Source: an uncultured Chloroflexia bacterium | Lineage (GTDB): Bacteria; Chloroflexota; Limnocylindria; Limnocylindrales; CSP1-4 | Direction of reading: 5' to 3' | NCBI GenBank assembly: GCA_963721655.1 | Contig: CAVRKH010000012.1 | Span: 17,518 to 81,517, forward strand | Length of the DNA stretch: 64,000 nucleotides | Shown: in pieces, positions 10,340-22,008 of the stretch | Position numbering within the stretch: the first letter of the stretch is position 1 | Layout: every line of letters begins with the position of its first letter | Translations under genes and position numbers: made by a program | The notes under the pieces: generated by a model | Databases searched by the model: none | What the model was told of the DNA's origin: nothing | What the model saw: only the letters and a program-made list of their open reading frames with translations

Positions 10340-10529
10340 CGGATCCTCGCAGCGGGTTCGGAGGGCCAAGGTTACGCGACCGATGCCGGAGCGACGACGG
10401 TACCTTCCTCGGGTGCGACCAGCTGTTTCGCGAGCGCGGGCTGAGCGCCGCGGGCGTCACCGACCGGCTCCGCCATGGCCGAGCGCACGCTGCTCCGCGC
10501 ACCCCGGCCCGATGCGCCATGATCGGCCG

Positions 10530-11802
10530 GTGACGACGACCGAACCCATCACGCAACCTTCGCGGCCACGTTCCGCCGCCGGGCGCCGTCTCGACGAGCT
10601 GGCATTCCTCCACGAGATCGCGCGGCTCGCGACGCAGGCACGCGACTGGGACGAGCTGATGCGCACGATCGTCGACGGGACGACGGCGGCGATGAGCGTC
10701 GAGGTCTGCTCGTTCTACCTGTCCGACCGGGACGCGGATCGGCTGACGCTCGCCGCAACGAACGGCCTGGACCGCAGCCAGGTCGGCCGGGTGAGCCTGG
10801 CGGTCGGCCAGGGGATCACCGGTCGCGCGGCCGCGTCCCGCCTGCCGATCGCCGTGCGCGACGTCACCGCCGACCGCCGCTTCTCGTGGGTCCGCGGGTT
10901 CGACATGCGCGGCCTGCACGCGATGCTGTCGGTGCCGCTCGTGTGGCACGAAGAGGTCGTCGGCGTGCTCAACGTCCAGACGCTGGCGAAGCGCAACTTC
11001 CGTCGCGCCGAGATCGAGTTCCTGACGACGATCGCCGCGCTCCTCGCGGGCATCGTGGCGAAGGGCCGGCTGCAGGCCGAGATCGAGGGCCGCCTGCAGC
11101 AGTTGACGGCGCTCGATGCCGCGCGTGCCGAGCTCCTGTCGGTCGTCACCCATGAGCTGCGCACGCCGTTGTCGGTCGTCCGGGCGTACGTCGACCTCCT
11201 CGGCGAGGCAGCCGCCGGGACGAGTCCCAGCCCAACGGAGGCCAACGCGCGCGAGTGGCATGACGCCGCGCTGGACCAGGTGTCGCGGCTCGATCGACTC
11301 GTCGATTCGATCCTCGCGTCGGTCCGCGGGGAGGGGCTGACCGGGCTGTCGCGGGCGCCATTCGACGCCGTTGCGGCCGTCGGCGAGACCGTCGACACGC
11401 TGCGCCTGGTCCTCCGTCCTCACCCGATCCGCTGGGAGCGACCGTCCGAGGGGATGGCCGCCATCGGTGACGAGACACGGTTCCGCCAGGTCCTCGAGCA
11501 GTTGCTCGAGAACGAATTCGAAGTACGCACCGACGGCCGACGGCGTGAGCATCGGCGTCTGGCGGCGTGCCGGCGAGATCCAGGTGTATGTCACCGACGA
11601 CGGCCCCGGGGTTCCGGCGGAGGACTGGGAGAGCGTCTTCGAGCCGTTCGTCCGGATCGAGGGGCGGGGGCGCAGCCGCGGCTCGGGGATCGGGCTGTTC
11701 GCGGCGCGCCGGCTGATGGACGCGATGGGCGGGCGGGTCTGGCTGGAGCCGAATGGCTACGGCGGCAGCCGCTTCATCGTGGCGCTGCCCGCCGAGGGTT
11801 GA
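10530..11802 (+). CDS. Cytoplasmic GAF-domain histidine kinase (frameshift ~11515)
   Basis: GAF (VCSFYL...VGQGITG...SVPL...VVGVLNVQ), H-box VTHELRTPL, DDGPGV, GSGIGL; no TM segment. Confidence 0.9.
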
Positions 11803-11811
11803 GCGGGCCGG

Positions 11812-12819
11812 TCAGGCCGCGGGAATCGGTGCGGGCAGCCCCTGCTCGGTAGCGACGAGCCGCGCCCCGTCGGCGAGGCGGCGGTAGATCGCGGCACTCG
11901 CGGCGATGCCCTCGCGGTACGGCGTCACCGGGACCTTCCCGAGGGAGGCAAGCGATTCGTGAGCGATCGCGGCGGGGAACGGGAGCTCGGTCGGCGCCAC
12001 CGTGATGAGCCCGGCAGCTTCCGGCACCGCCATCTCGATCGCCGCGACCCAATCCGCGATCGCGACTGCGTCGCCACCAAGATTGAACACGCGGGCGCCG
12101 GCCGGCTCCGACCGGCTGGCGAGCAGCAACGTCTTTGCCACGTCCTCGGCGTACTGGAACAGGGTCGAGCCGCCGAACGTGATCTCGAACGGCCGGCCAA
12201 GGACCGCGGCTGCGATGGCGACGGTGGGGCTGCTGGTCATCCCCTGGTCGCGTCCAACGCCATACACCGTCATCGGGCGCAGCCCGACGCTCGGCACGCC
12301 GGAGTCCTGCCAGTAGATCCGGGCGTTGCCCTCGTTCGCCCGCTTGTAGACGCCGTAGTGGTTACCGGGGTGCGCCTCTGCGTCCTCCTCGAGCCGGCCG
12401 GTCACGGCGTTGACGTCCGACGGCGAGTACATCCCGATCGACCCCGCGTAGACGACCGGCGCCGCGATCGAGCCCTGGCGTCGGACGGCCTCGAAGACGT
12501 TCACCGTCCCGACCACGTTCACCGCCGCGCCGAGCGGCGGGTCCGCGCGAGAGAACGGAACCTGCAGCGCGGCCAGGTGGATGACGTTCGTGATGCCGTG
12601 CTCGTCGAGGACGCGCTCGAGCGCCGGCAGGTCCGTGATGTCGCCCGCGACGAGCGGTACGCGCTCGAGCTCGTCGGGCTCGAGGATCTGGGCGAGTCGC
12701 CGCGTATTCCGCCCGAGATCGAACCCGACGACCGGCGTGCCCTCGCGCACCAGCTCGCGCACGGTCCACGCGCCGACGCAGCCGAGTGCGCCAGTGACGA
12801 GGAACCGCTCCTCGGTCAT
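11812..12819 (-). CDS. NAD-dependent epimerase/dehydratase (extended SDR)
   Basis: LVTGALGCVG, DITD, HLAA, YGVYK (YxxxK). Confidence 0.88.
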   Translation of the reverse strand: MTEERFLVTGALGCVGAWTVRELVREGTPVVGFDLGRNTRRLAQILEPDELERVPLVAGDITDLPALERVLDEHGITNVIHLAALQVPFSRADPPLGAAVNVVGTVNVFEAVRRQGSIAAPVVYAGSIGMYSPSDVNAVTGRLEEDAEAHPGNHYGVYKRANEGNARIYWQDSGVPSVGLRPMTVYGVGRDQGMTSSPTVAIAAAVLGRPFEITFGGSTLFQYAEDVAKTLLLASRSEPAGARVFNLGGDAVAIADWVAAIEMAVPEAAGLITVAPTELPFPAAIAHESLASLGKVPVTPYREGIAASAAIYRRLADGARLVATEQGLPAPIPAA

Positions 12820-13715
12820 GAACGCTGCCCGTTGTCTTCGAAGCGGCAGGTGTTCTCGAGGCGGCCGATGCGCTCGATCTCGACGGTCACCCGGTCGCCG
12901 TCCCCGAGGAAGCGCGGCGGATCGCGGAACGCGCCGACCCCGCCCGGTGTCCCGGTCGCGATGACGTCGCCGGGCTCGAGCGTGAACGAGCGTGACAGGA
13001 AGCTGATGATCTGGGCAACGGAGAAGTACATCTCGGACGTGCGCGAGTCCTGGACGAGCTCACCGCCGACCCGGCACGTGATCGCGAGGTCCTGCGGATC
13101 GCCGATCTCGTCGGCGGTCACCAGCACCGGGCCCATCGGGCAGAACGTGTCCAGGGACTTCCCGCGGACCCATTGTCCGTCGCCGAACTGGAGGTCCCGG
13201 GCCGACACGTCGTTGATGCAGGTGTAGCCGAGGACGTGGTCCAGTGCGTCGGCTTCGGTCACATGCCGAGCGGTCCGACCGATGACCACCCCGAGCTCCG
13301 CCTCGTAGTCGACCTGCCCCGTCAGACCGGGATCCCAGCGGATGTCGGCTTCGGGGCCGACCACGCTGCTCGGCCACTTGGCGAACACCAGTGGCGCCGC
13401 CGGCGCGCTGACTCCTTCTTCGTCCGTGTGCTCGCGGTAGTTGCGGCCGATGGCCACGACCTTGCCGGGCCTTGGGAGCGGGGCCAGCAGCTCGGTCCCG
13501 GAAAGCGGCACGACCTGCGACGCCGGCGACGAGGAGGAGACATTCGTCGCCGACGCCGCGGCCGCGAGGTTGGTAAGCCCTGTGGGTCCGAGAGCGATCA
13601 GGTCAGCCATGGTGCGCGGGCCGTCAGGCAGCACATCGCAGGCTGCCCGCCAAGCCTCCCCGGAGACGACTCCGAGCGTCTCGCCGGCGGGGGTTCTCGC
13701 GGAGATCAAGCGCAC
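12816..13715 (-). CDS. Fumarylacetoacetate-hydrolase family protein (likely 2,4-diketo-3-deoxy-L-fuconate hydrolase)
   Basis: GRNYREH, DYEAELGVVIG, NDVSARD, GKSLDTFCPMGP, GDVIATGTP; specificity inferred from context. Confidence 0.85.
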   Translation of the reverse strand: MRLISARTPAGETLGVVSGEAWRAACDVLPDGPRTMADLIALGPTGLTNLAAAASATNVSSSSPASQVVPLSGTELLAPLPRPGKVVAIGRNYREHTDEEGVSAPAAPLVFAKWPSSVVGPEADIRWDPGLTGQVDYEAELGVVIGRTARHVTEADALDHVLGYTCINDVSARDLQFGDGQWVRGKSLDTFCPMGPVLVTADEIGDPQDLAITCRVGGELVQDSRTSEMYFSVAQIISFLSRSFTLEPGDVIATGTPGGVGAFRDPPRFLGDGDRVTVEIERIGRLENTCRFEDNGQRS

Positions 13716-13807
13716 AACGGCTCCAGATGTTCAGTATTCTGGCCGGTGGACGGAGGACTGGACGATACGATACGGTCATCGTCTGCGTCAACCATCAGGA
13801 GGGTGCA

Positions 13808-14848
13808 GTGGCCTTCGATCCCGTCGCGCGCGTCCCGCTCGGTCGGACCGGGCTCTCGGTCACGAGGCTCGGTTTCGGGAGCGCGTCGATCGGCGGCCTG
13901 TTCAGCGCGGTCACCGAAGATGACGCGCGGACGATGGTCCAGCGCGCCTGGGACATCGGCATCCGCTATTTCGACACGGCCCCGCTGTACGGCTACGGCG
14001 ACGCGGAGCGGCACATCGGCAGCGTGCTGCGCGCCATGCCGCGCGACGCGTTTGTGCTCTCGACGAAAGTCGGCCGGCTCGTTCGGACGCCGGACGCGAT
14101 CGGCCCAGGCGACGAGCGCGACCTTCAGCGCTTCGACGGCCGCGACGACGCCTTCTATGTCCGCTCAGGGCCCGAGCGCATCGTCTTCGACTACTCCGGA
14201 GACGGCGTCAGGCGGTCGATCGAGGAGAGCCTGGAGCGGCTCGGGCTCGACCGGATCGACATCGCGCTGATCCACGACCCGGACGACCACTGGCAGGCCG
14301 CGCTTGACGGGGCGTACCCGGCCCTCGCCAGGCTCCGCGAGCAGGGCGTGATCCGGGCCGTCGGAGCCGGCATGAACCAGTCGGAGATGCTCGCCCGCTT
14401 CGTCCGCGAAACCGACATGGACGCGGTGCTCCTCGCCGGGCGCTACACGCTGCTCGAACAGGGAGCTCTCGACGAGTTGCTGCCGGCCTGCGAGCAGCGC
14501 GGCGTTTCGGTGCTCATCGGCGGGGTGATGAACAGCGGTCTGCTCACCGGTCCGAAGGCCGGGAGCCGGTTCAACTACACGCCGGCGCCGGCAGAGGTCG
14601 TCGAACGCGCCCGCAGGATCGGCGAGGTCTGCGACCGGCACGACGTCCCGCTCCGGGCCGCAGCCATCCAGTTCCCGCTCGCTCACCCCGTCGTCGCCTC
14701 GCTCGTGGTCGGCGTCCGAACCGTCCCCCACCTCGACGAGTACCCGGCCTTCGCCCGGGTCGATATCCCGGCAGCCCTGTGGGACGACCTCCGCGCCGAG
14801 GGCCTGCTCCGGTTGGACGCCCCGACACCGCGAGGGACGAGCGCTTGA
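13808..14848 (+). CDS. Aldo/keto reductase, L-fucose dehydrogenase (D-threo-aldose 1-dehydrogenase)-like
   Basis: GIRYFDTAPLYGYG, LSTKVGRL, FDYSGDGVRRSIEESLERLGLDRIDI..IHDPD, LLAGRYTLL. Confidence 0.85.
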   Translation: MAFDPVARVPLGRTGLSVTRLGFGSASIGGLFSAVTEDDARTMVQRAWDIGIRYFDTAPLYGYGDAERHIGSVLRAMPRDAFVLSTKVGRLVRTPDAIGPGDERDLQRFDGRDDAFYVRSGPERIVFDYSGDGVRRSIEESLERLGLDRIDIALIHDPDDHWQAALDGAYPALARLREQGVIRAVGAGMNQSEMLARFVRETDMDAVLLAGRYTLLEQGALDELLPACEQRGVSVLIGGVMNSGLLTGPKAGSRFNYTPAPAEVVERARRIGEVCDRHDVPLRAAAIQFPLAHPVVASLVVGVRTVPHLDEYPAFARVDIPAALWDDLRAEGLLRLDAPTPRGTSA

Positions 14849-15682
14849 TCGTCGACGCCCATCACCACTTCTGGGACCCGGCGGCGACCGACTATCCGTG
14901 GCTGACCGACGAGCTCGCCTCGATCCGCCGCGCGTTCGGGCCGGCCGACCTCGAGCCGGCCCTGCGGGCGAACGGCGTCGACGCCACGGTCCTCGTCCAG
15001 ACCCGGTCGAGCCTCGAGGAAACCGAGGACTTCCTCGCCCTCGCCGACCGCACGCCGTTCGTCCGTGGCGTCGTCGGCTGGGTCGACCTGACCGACCCGG
15101 GCGTGGCAGACACGATCGCCGCTCTCCGCGGCGCGACCCGACGGCGCGTACCTCGTCGGGATCCGCCACCAGGCGCACGACGAGCCGGATCCGGACTGGC
15201 TGGTGCGCGACGACGTCATCCGCGGGATCCAGGCGGTCGGGCGGGCCGGGCTCGTGTACGACCTGCTCGTCCGGTCGCGCGAGCTGCCGGCGGCGCTCGC
15301 CCTCGCCCGCCGGCTGCCGGACGTCCCGTTCGTCATCGACCACATCGCGAAGCCGCCGATCGCGTCGGGGGAGCTCGAGCCATGGGCGTCGCGCATCGCG
15401 CCGTTCCGGGAGCTGGAGCACGTCGCCTGCAAGGTCTCGGGGATGGTCACGGAGGCCGACTGGTCGACCTGGACGCCGGCCGACCTCCAGCCCTACGTCG
15501 ACCACGTCCTCGAGGTGTTCGGTCCGGACCGGCTCCTGTTCGGCTCCGACTGGCCGGTGTGCCTCCTCGCGGCGGGCTACGACCAGGTGCTCGACGCGGC
15601 GCGATCGACGCTGGCAAACCTCGGCGACGACGACCGGGCGAAGGTCCTCGGCGGGACGGCCGCCCGCGTCTACCGGCTCTGA
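14845..15682 (+). CDS. Amidohydrolase_2, L-fuconolactone hydrolase-like (frameshift ~15140)
   Basis: IVDAHHHFWD, VRGVVGWVDL, VIDHIAKP, CKVSGMVTEA, FGSDWPV. Confidence 0.85.
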
Positions 15683-16485
15683 GCGACCGCCGGTGATGGC
15701 GCCGGCGGCTCGACGTGGAGCGGGTCCGACATCCGGCGGGCGAGCACGTGCAGGTCCTGGACCAGCGCCGGGACCCGGTCGCCGGTCGCCCGGACCTTGA
15801 GCAACGTGATGCTCGCGGCGTACGGCCCCTCGCCGGGACGCCGGCCCGGGATCGCGACGCCGAAGCACACGACGCCCTCGACGGTCTCCTCGTCGTCCAT
15901 CGAGTAGCCCCGCTCGCGGACGACCGCGAGGTCGTCGAGCAGCGCGTCGACGGAAGCGAGCGAGCGGCCGGTCAGGACCGGCAGCTCGACCCCGTCGAAC
16001 CGCCGCCGCACCTCGCGCTCGTCGATGAGGGCGAGGGCGGCCTTGCCCGTCGCGGTGACGCTTGCCGGGAGCCGCCGCCCGATCTGCGAGGTCAGCCGGA
16101 CCGGCTGCTTCCCGTCGTGGCGGGCGAGATAGGTCATCTCGACCCCGTCGAGGACCGCGAGCTGGACGGTCTCCTCGGAGCCGGCCGGGAGCTCGTTGCA
16201 GGCCTCGTAGAACTCCTGGACGAGGTCGACCGACGTCAGGTAGGCGCCGCCGAGCTCGGCCAGCTTGCGGCCCAGCGTGAACCCCGTCCCCACGCGCCGG
16301 ATGAGCCCGGTGTCGGCGAGCGCAGCGCAGATGTTCGCGATCGACGACTTCGGCAATCCGAGCCGGCGGGCCAACTCGCTCGGTCCGACCGGGGCGCTGC
16401 CGTTCTCGGCGAGGAGGTCGAGGATCGCCGCTGCGCGGGTGACTGCAGGGGCCAGCGATCCGCCTGCATCGATCTCGTCACTCAC
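15670..16485 (-). CDS. IclR family regulator
   Basis: APAVTRAAAILDLL..SELARRLGLPKSS; TATGKA; RGYSMDDEET. Confidence 0.92.
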   Translation of the reverse strand: MSDEIDAGGSLAPAVTRAAAILDLLAENGSAPVGPSELARRLGLPKSSIANICAALADTGLIRRVGTGFTLGRKLAELGGAYLTSVDLVQEFYEACNELPAGSEETVQLAVLDGVEMTYLARHDGKQPVRLTSQIGRRLPASVTATGKAALALIDEREVRRRFDGVELPVLTGRSLASVDALLDDLAVVRERGYSMDDEETVEGVVCFGVAIPGRRPGEGPYAASITLLKVRATGDRVPALVQDLHVLARRMSDPLHVEPPAPSPAVAQSR

Positions 16486-16581
16486 GACGTTCACTGCCCC
16501 TCTGTACGCCCACGAACTCGCTGCCGCCAGCGTCATTGTCCGGGCTTGACGGCAGCGCTATCGTTCAGGATACCGTGCGCT

Positions 16582-16597
16582 GTCCAGTGGACTGGAC
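16582..16597. promoter_or_regulatory. Perfect palindrome GTCCAGT-GG-ACTGGAC, candidate IclR operator
   Basis: Lies between divergent iclR and the ABC operon; GGACTGGACGA also occurs at 13755-13765 in the cluster's other divergent promoter region. Confidence 0.65.
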
Positions 16598-16644
16598 GAC
16601 GCCCGAAATTGGGGTCGTGACTCCGGAGAACCGTGGAGGAGAGC

Positions 16645-17698
16645 ATGAACTCGGAACGCATTCGCTCGCGCTACGCGCTGGCAGCGGTGGCGCTGCTCGT
16701 CGCGGCGTGCTCGAGCAGCGGCGGCGGCACGGCCGCACCCGCCGCAAGCGCCGCTCCGCCCCCGTCCGCCGCCGCCAGCACCGCTGCTGGCAGTCCGGCC
16801 GCCAGTGGTGGCGGTGGCGCCGCCGCGGGCGCCTACATCCCGATCGTGTCGAAGGGCTTCCAGCACCAGTTCTGGCAGGCAGTCAAGCAGGGCGCCGAGT
16901 CGAAGGCCACCGAGCTCGGCGTGACGGTGAACTTCGAAGGTCCCGAGACCGAGACGCAGGTCGACAAGCAGCTCGAGATGCTCCAGGCGGAGCTCGACAA
17001 GAACCCGGCAGCCCTGTGCTTCGCGGCGCTCGACAGCCAGGCGGCAACCCCGTTGCTGGAGCAGTTCCAGGAGAAGAGCATCCCGGTGATCGCCTTCGAC
17101 TCGGGGGTCGACAGCGACATCCCGATCACGACGGCCGCGACGGACAACATCAAGGCCGCCGGCGATGGCGGCCGACAAGATGGGCGAGCTCATCGGTGGA
17201 TCGGGCAAGGTCGGCGTGATCGTCCACGACCAGACGAGCCGGACGGGCATCGACCGGCGCGACGGGTTCATCAACGAGATGAAGGCCAAGTACCCGGACG
17301 TCGAGATCATCGGCCCGCAGTACGGCGGCGGCGACCAGCTCAAGTCGACGGACCTGGCCAAGGCGATGATCCAGGCGAACCCCGACATCAAGGGCTTCTT
17401 CGGCGCCAACGAAGGCTCGGCGATCGGCGTGGTCAACGCCGTGAAGGAGCTCAACAAGGCCGGCGAGCTCGTCGTCATCGGCTACGACTCGGGCAAGGCC
17501 CAGATCGACGCGATCAACAGCGGCCTGATGGCCGGAGCGATCACCCAGAACCCGATCGGCATCGGCGAGCAGTGCGTCGACGCGGCCGTGAAGGCGATCA
17601 ACGGCGAAGAGGTGCCGAAGACCATCGATACCGGCTTCTACTGGTACGACAAGACCAACATCAACGACCCGGAGATCCAGGCCGTCCTGTACCAGTAA
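16645..17698 (+). CDS. Sugar ABC substrate-binding lipoprotein (frameshift ~17160)
   Basis: Lipobox LVAAC, VSKGFQHQFWQAVKQGA, IPVIAFDSG, IGYDSGK, IDTGFYWYDK. Confidence 0.92.
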
Positions 17699-17790
17699 CC
17701 GACATTCGATCCGGATAACCGGGCTCGGGGCTGCCGCATACTTGTGGCGGCCCCGTCCCATTGAGGCCGGCAGGCTTCGAGGAGCTCCCG

Positions 17791-19312
17791 ATGCGTGACC
17801 TGCTGGTCGAGATGACCGGGATCACCAAGGACTTCCCCGGCGTCCACGCGCTCGCCGACGCAGGCTTCGAGCTCCGTTCCGGCGAGGTCCACGCCCTGGT
17901 CGGCGAGAACGGCGCCGGCAAGTCCACCCTGATGAAGATCCTGGCCGGCGTGTACCAGCCCGACGCCGGCGAGATCCGGTTCAAGGGGGAGCCGGTCGAG
18001 ATCGCCAACCCGCGAACGGCGCTGGACCTCGGCATCAGCATGATCCACCAGGAGCTGAACCTGGCGCCGCACCTGACGGTCGCCCAGAACATCTTCCTGG
18101 GCCGCGAGCCGCGCGGCAGGCCGCGCTTCCTGCTCGACGATCGGCGGCTCAATCGCCAGACGCAGGAGCTGATCGAGCGCCTCCATCTCAAGCTCGATCC
18201 CCGTGCCCGTGTCGGCGACCTCAAGATCGCCCAGCAGCAGATGGTCGAGATCGCCAAGGCGCTCTCGCTCAATGCCGCCGTCCTGGTGATGGACGAGCCG
18301 ACGGCGGCGCTCACCGACACCGAGATCGACGAGCTGTTCCGGATCATCCGGGACCTTCGCGCGAACGGCGTCGGGGTCGTCCACATCTCGCACCGGCTCG
18401 AGGAGCTCAAGCAGATCTCGGACCGCGTGACGGTGATGCGCGACGGGCGCTACGTCGCGACGCTGGAGACCGCCGATGCGGAGATCCCGGTCGTCATCAA
18501 CATGATGGTCGGGCGGACGATCTACGAGGCGGCGCCGGAGATCCCCGAACGTTCGGACGAGGTCGTCCTCGAGGTCCGCGGCCTCACCCGCGGCAGGATG
18601 GTGCGGGACGTCTCGTTCGTGCTCCACAAGGGCGAGATTCTCGGCGTCGCCGGGCTGGTCGGGGCGGGCCGGACCGAGGTCGTTCGGGCGATCTTCGGCG
18701 CGGACCGGCCGGATTCCGGCGAGATCCAGGTCCACGGTCGGCGGGTCGACATCCACAGCCCGGCCGACGCGGTCGACGCTCGGCATCGCCTATCTCTCGG
18801 AGGATCGCAAGCGCTACGGCCTGGCGCTCGGCATGAACGTCGAGACCAACATCGTGCTCGCCTCGCTGAACCGGTTCATGTCGTCGTTCGGCCGCATCGA
18901 CACCCGCCGGACGCGAGCGGTGGCGGAGCAGCGCGTGCAGGATCTCGGCATCAAGACCCCGAGCGTCCGCCAGCGCGCCCGCAACCTGTCGGGCGGAACC
19001 CAGCAGAAGGTCGTCATCGCCAAGTGGCTGACCGCTGACACCGACATCCTCATCTTCGACGAACCGACCCGGGGGATCGACGTCGGCGCGAAGAGCGAGA
19101 TCTACCACCTGCTCAACGAGCTGGCGCGGGACGGGAAGTCGATCATCATGATCTCGTCCGAGCTGCCCGAGATCCTCCGGATGAGCCACCGGATCATCGT
19201 GATGTGCGAGGGCCGGCTGACCGGTGAGCTGGACGGGGCGACCGCCACCCAGGAACAGATCATGACCTTCGCCACCCAGCGGGCTTCGGTCGCGGAGGCA
19301 GCCACGGCATGA
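17791..19312 (+). CDS. Sugar ABC ATP-binding protein, RbsA/MglA type (frameshift ~18780)
   Basis: [22 protein letters not shown], second [25 protein letters not shown]. Confidence 0.93.
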
Positions 19313-20314
19313 GATCCACGATGGATACGGCCCTGGCGCGGCCGCGCGCGCTCATCCGTTCGGACGCCGTCCAGCGCCTGCTGGCGTTCGCGCGCCCTGG
19401 TCGTGCTCATCATCGTCTTCTCGCTCCTGTCGTCGAACTTCCTGACGTTCGACAACGCTGTCGGGATCCTGCTGGCGACGTCGGTCAACGGCATCCTGGC
19501 CCTCGGCGTGACGTTCGTGATCATCACCGGCGGGATCGATCTGTCGATCGGCACGGTCATGACCCTGTCGGCGGTCATCACGGGTGTCGTCATCACGAAC
19601 ATGGGCCTGCCGATCCCTGTCGGCATCGCGGCCGGCATGCTCACCGGGGCACTGGCCGGGCTCGCCAACGGCATCCTCATTGCGCGCTTCCGAATCCCGT
19701 CGTTCATCGTCACGCTCGGCATGCTCAACATCGCCAAGGGCCTGGCGCTCGTGATCTCGGGACTGACGCCGATCTACTTCAACGACGCACCCGGGTTCAA
19801 CGAGGGGGCGATGGGCTCGCTGATCGGGTCCGTCATCCCCGGCTTCGACATCCCGAACGTGGTCCTCGTCATGTTCGGGGCGGCGTTGATCGCGAGCTTC
19901 GTCCTGTCGCGCACGATCCTCGGTCGGTACACGTTCGCCCTGGGGAGCAACGAGGAGGCGGCGCGCCTGTCGGGCGTCAACGTCGTCACCTGGAAGGCGT
20001 CCGTGTACGTCGTGTGCGGCCTCTTCGCGGGTCTCGCGGGCGTCGTCATCGCCGCCCGGCTCAACTCGGCCCAGCCATCGCTCGGCCAGGGCTACGAGCT
20101 CGACGCGATCGCGGCGGCGGTCATCGGCGGCACGTCGCTCAGTGGCGGCGAGGGATCGATCCTGGGCACGGTCATCGGTGCCTTCATCATCAGCACGCTC
20201 ACCAACGGCCTGCGCATCCTGTCGGTCCCCCAGGAGTGGCAGACCGTGGTGACCGGCGGGATCGTCATCCTGGCGGTCTACCTCGACATCGTCCGTCGCC
20301 GGCGACAGGCGTGA
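19309..20314 (+). CDS. Sugar ABC permease, RbsC type (frameshift ~19395)
   Basis: [41 protein letters not shown]. Confidence 0.93.
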
Positions 20315-21682
20315 GCGATCCCGCGATCCGGATCACGGACCTCGACGTCCTCGACGTCCGCTTCCCCACGTCGCGCAACCTCGACGGCTCCGACGCGATG
20401 AACCTGGATCCGGACTACTCGGCGGCGTACGTGATCGTGCGCGACCTCCGACCGACGGCGGACCGGAGGGCCACGGCCTGACATTCACGATCGGCCGGGG
20501 CACCGAGATCGTCGTCGCCGCCGTCGAGGCGCTGCGACCGCTCGTCGTGGGACGCCGGACCGACGAACTCTTCGCGGACATGGGCGCCTTCTGGCGGACG
20601 CTCGTCGGCGACAGCCAGCTGCGCTGGATCGGGCCGGAGAAGGGGGTCATCCACCTGGCCACCGCCGCGGTCGTGAATGCCGTCTGGGACCTCTTCGCGA
20701 AGCGGGAGGGCAAGCCGCTGTGGAAGCTGCGTCTGCGACATGACGCCGGAGCGAACAGGTCGCGCTCGTGGACTTCCGCTACATCTCGGACGCCCTGACG
20801 CCGGAGCGGGCACTCGAGCGGCTGCGGGGCCTCGAGGCGACGCGCGCGGAACGCGAGGCGGAGCTGCTCCGCACCGGGTATCCGGCGTACTCCACCTCGG
20901 TCGGCTGGCTCGGCTACGACGACGACAAGATCCGCCGGCTCTGCCGCGAGGCGCTGGCCGAAGGGTGGACCGCCTTCAAGCTCAAGGTCGGCGCCGACAT
21001 CGATGACGACCGACGGCGGGCGCGCATCGTGCGCGAGGAGATCGGTCCCGATCGGATCCTGGCGGTCGATGCCAACCAGCGCTGGGGGGTCGCCGAGGCG
21101 ATCGCATGGATGGACCGGCTGCGGGAGTTCGACCCGTACTGGATCGAGGAGCCGACCAGCCCGGACGACATCCTGGGGCACGCGACGATCGCCCGGGGCG
21201 TGGCCCCGATCCGTGTCGCGACCGGCGAGCACGTCCACAACCGGGTGATGTTCAAGCAGCTGCTGCAGGCCGAGGCGATCTCGGTGTGCCAGATCGACGC
21301 GTGCCGGCTGGGCGGCGTCAACGAGGTGCTCGCCGTCCTGCTCATGGCCGCCGAGTTCGGCGTGCCGGTCTGCCCGCATGCCGGCGGGGTCGGCCTGTGC
21401 GAGCTCGTGCAGCACCTCTCGATCATCGACTACGTGTGCGTGTCGGGCTCGCTCGACGGCCGGATGATCGAGTACGTCGACCATCTGCACGAGCACTTCG
21501 TCGACCCGGTCGTCATTCGCGACGCGCGCTACCAGGTGCCCACGCGGCCGGGCTACAGCGCCGAGATCAGGCCCGAGTCGCTGGCTCGCTACCGCTTCCC
21601 GGACGGGGACGAGTGGCGCGGGATCGCGGACGACGTCAGCGCCGCCGCGGTCGCCTCGGCGACGGCCGGCGCGAGCCGATGA
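20311..21682 (+). CDS. fucD: L-fuconate dehydratase (frameshifts ~20445, ~20740)
   Basis: [78 protein letters not shown]. Confidence 0.9.
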
Positions 21683-22008
21683 CCGTCCGTCGCTTCGGGC
21701 AGCGGATCCGGGTACGTCCAGAGGCCATCGACGAGTACGAGCGACTGCACGCCGATCCGTGGCCCGGGGTGCTCGACCAGATCCGGCGGTCGAACATCCG
21801 GAACTACACGATCTGGCGCGACGGGACGGACCTCTTCGCGGCCTTCGACTACGTCGGCCAGGACTTCGAGGCCGACATGGCAGCGATGGCGGCCGACCCC
21901 GAGACGCAGCGCTGGTGGAAGCTCACCGACGCCATGCAGGATCCCCTCCCCGACCGCGAGCCCGGAACGTGGTGGAAGACCCTCCGCGAGGTGTTCCACA
22001 CGGACTGA
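21679..22008 (+). CDS. L-rhamnose/L-fucose mutarotase (RhaM family)
   Basis: [34 protein letters not shown]. Confidence 0.88.
   Translation: MTVRRFGQRIRVRPEAIDEYERLHADPWPGVLDQIRRSNIRNYTIWRDGTDLFAAFDYVGQDFEADMAAMAADPETQRWWKLTDAMQDPLPDREPGTWWKTLREVFHTD

Noticed and set aside
10372-10476. 34-aa minus-strand ORF (MAEPVGDARG...) upstream of the lipoprotein
   Set aside because: No motif, clear RBS or other support.
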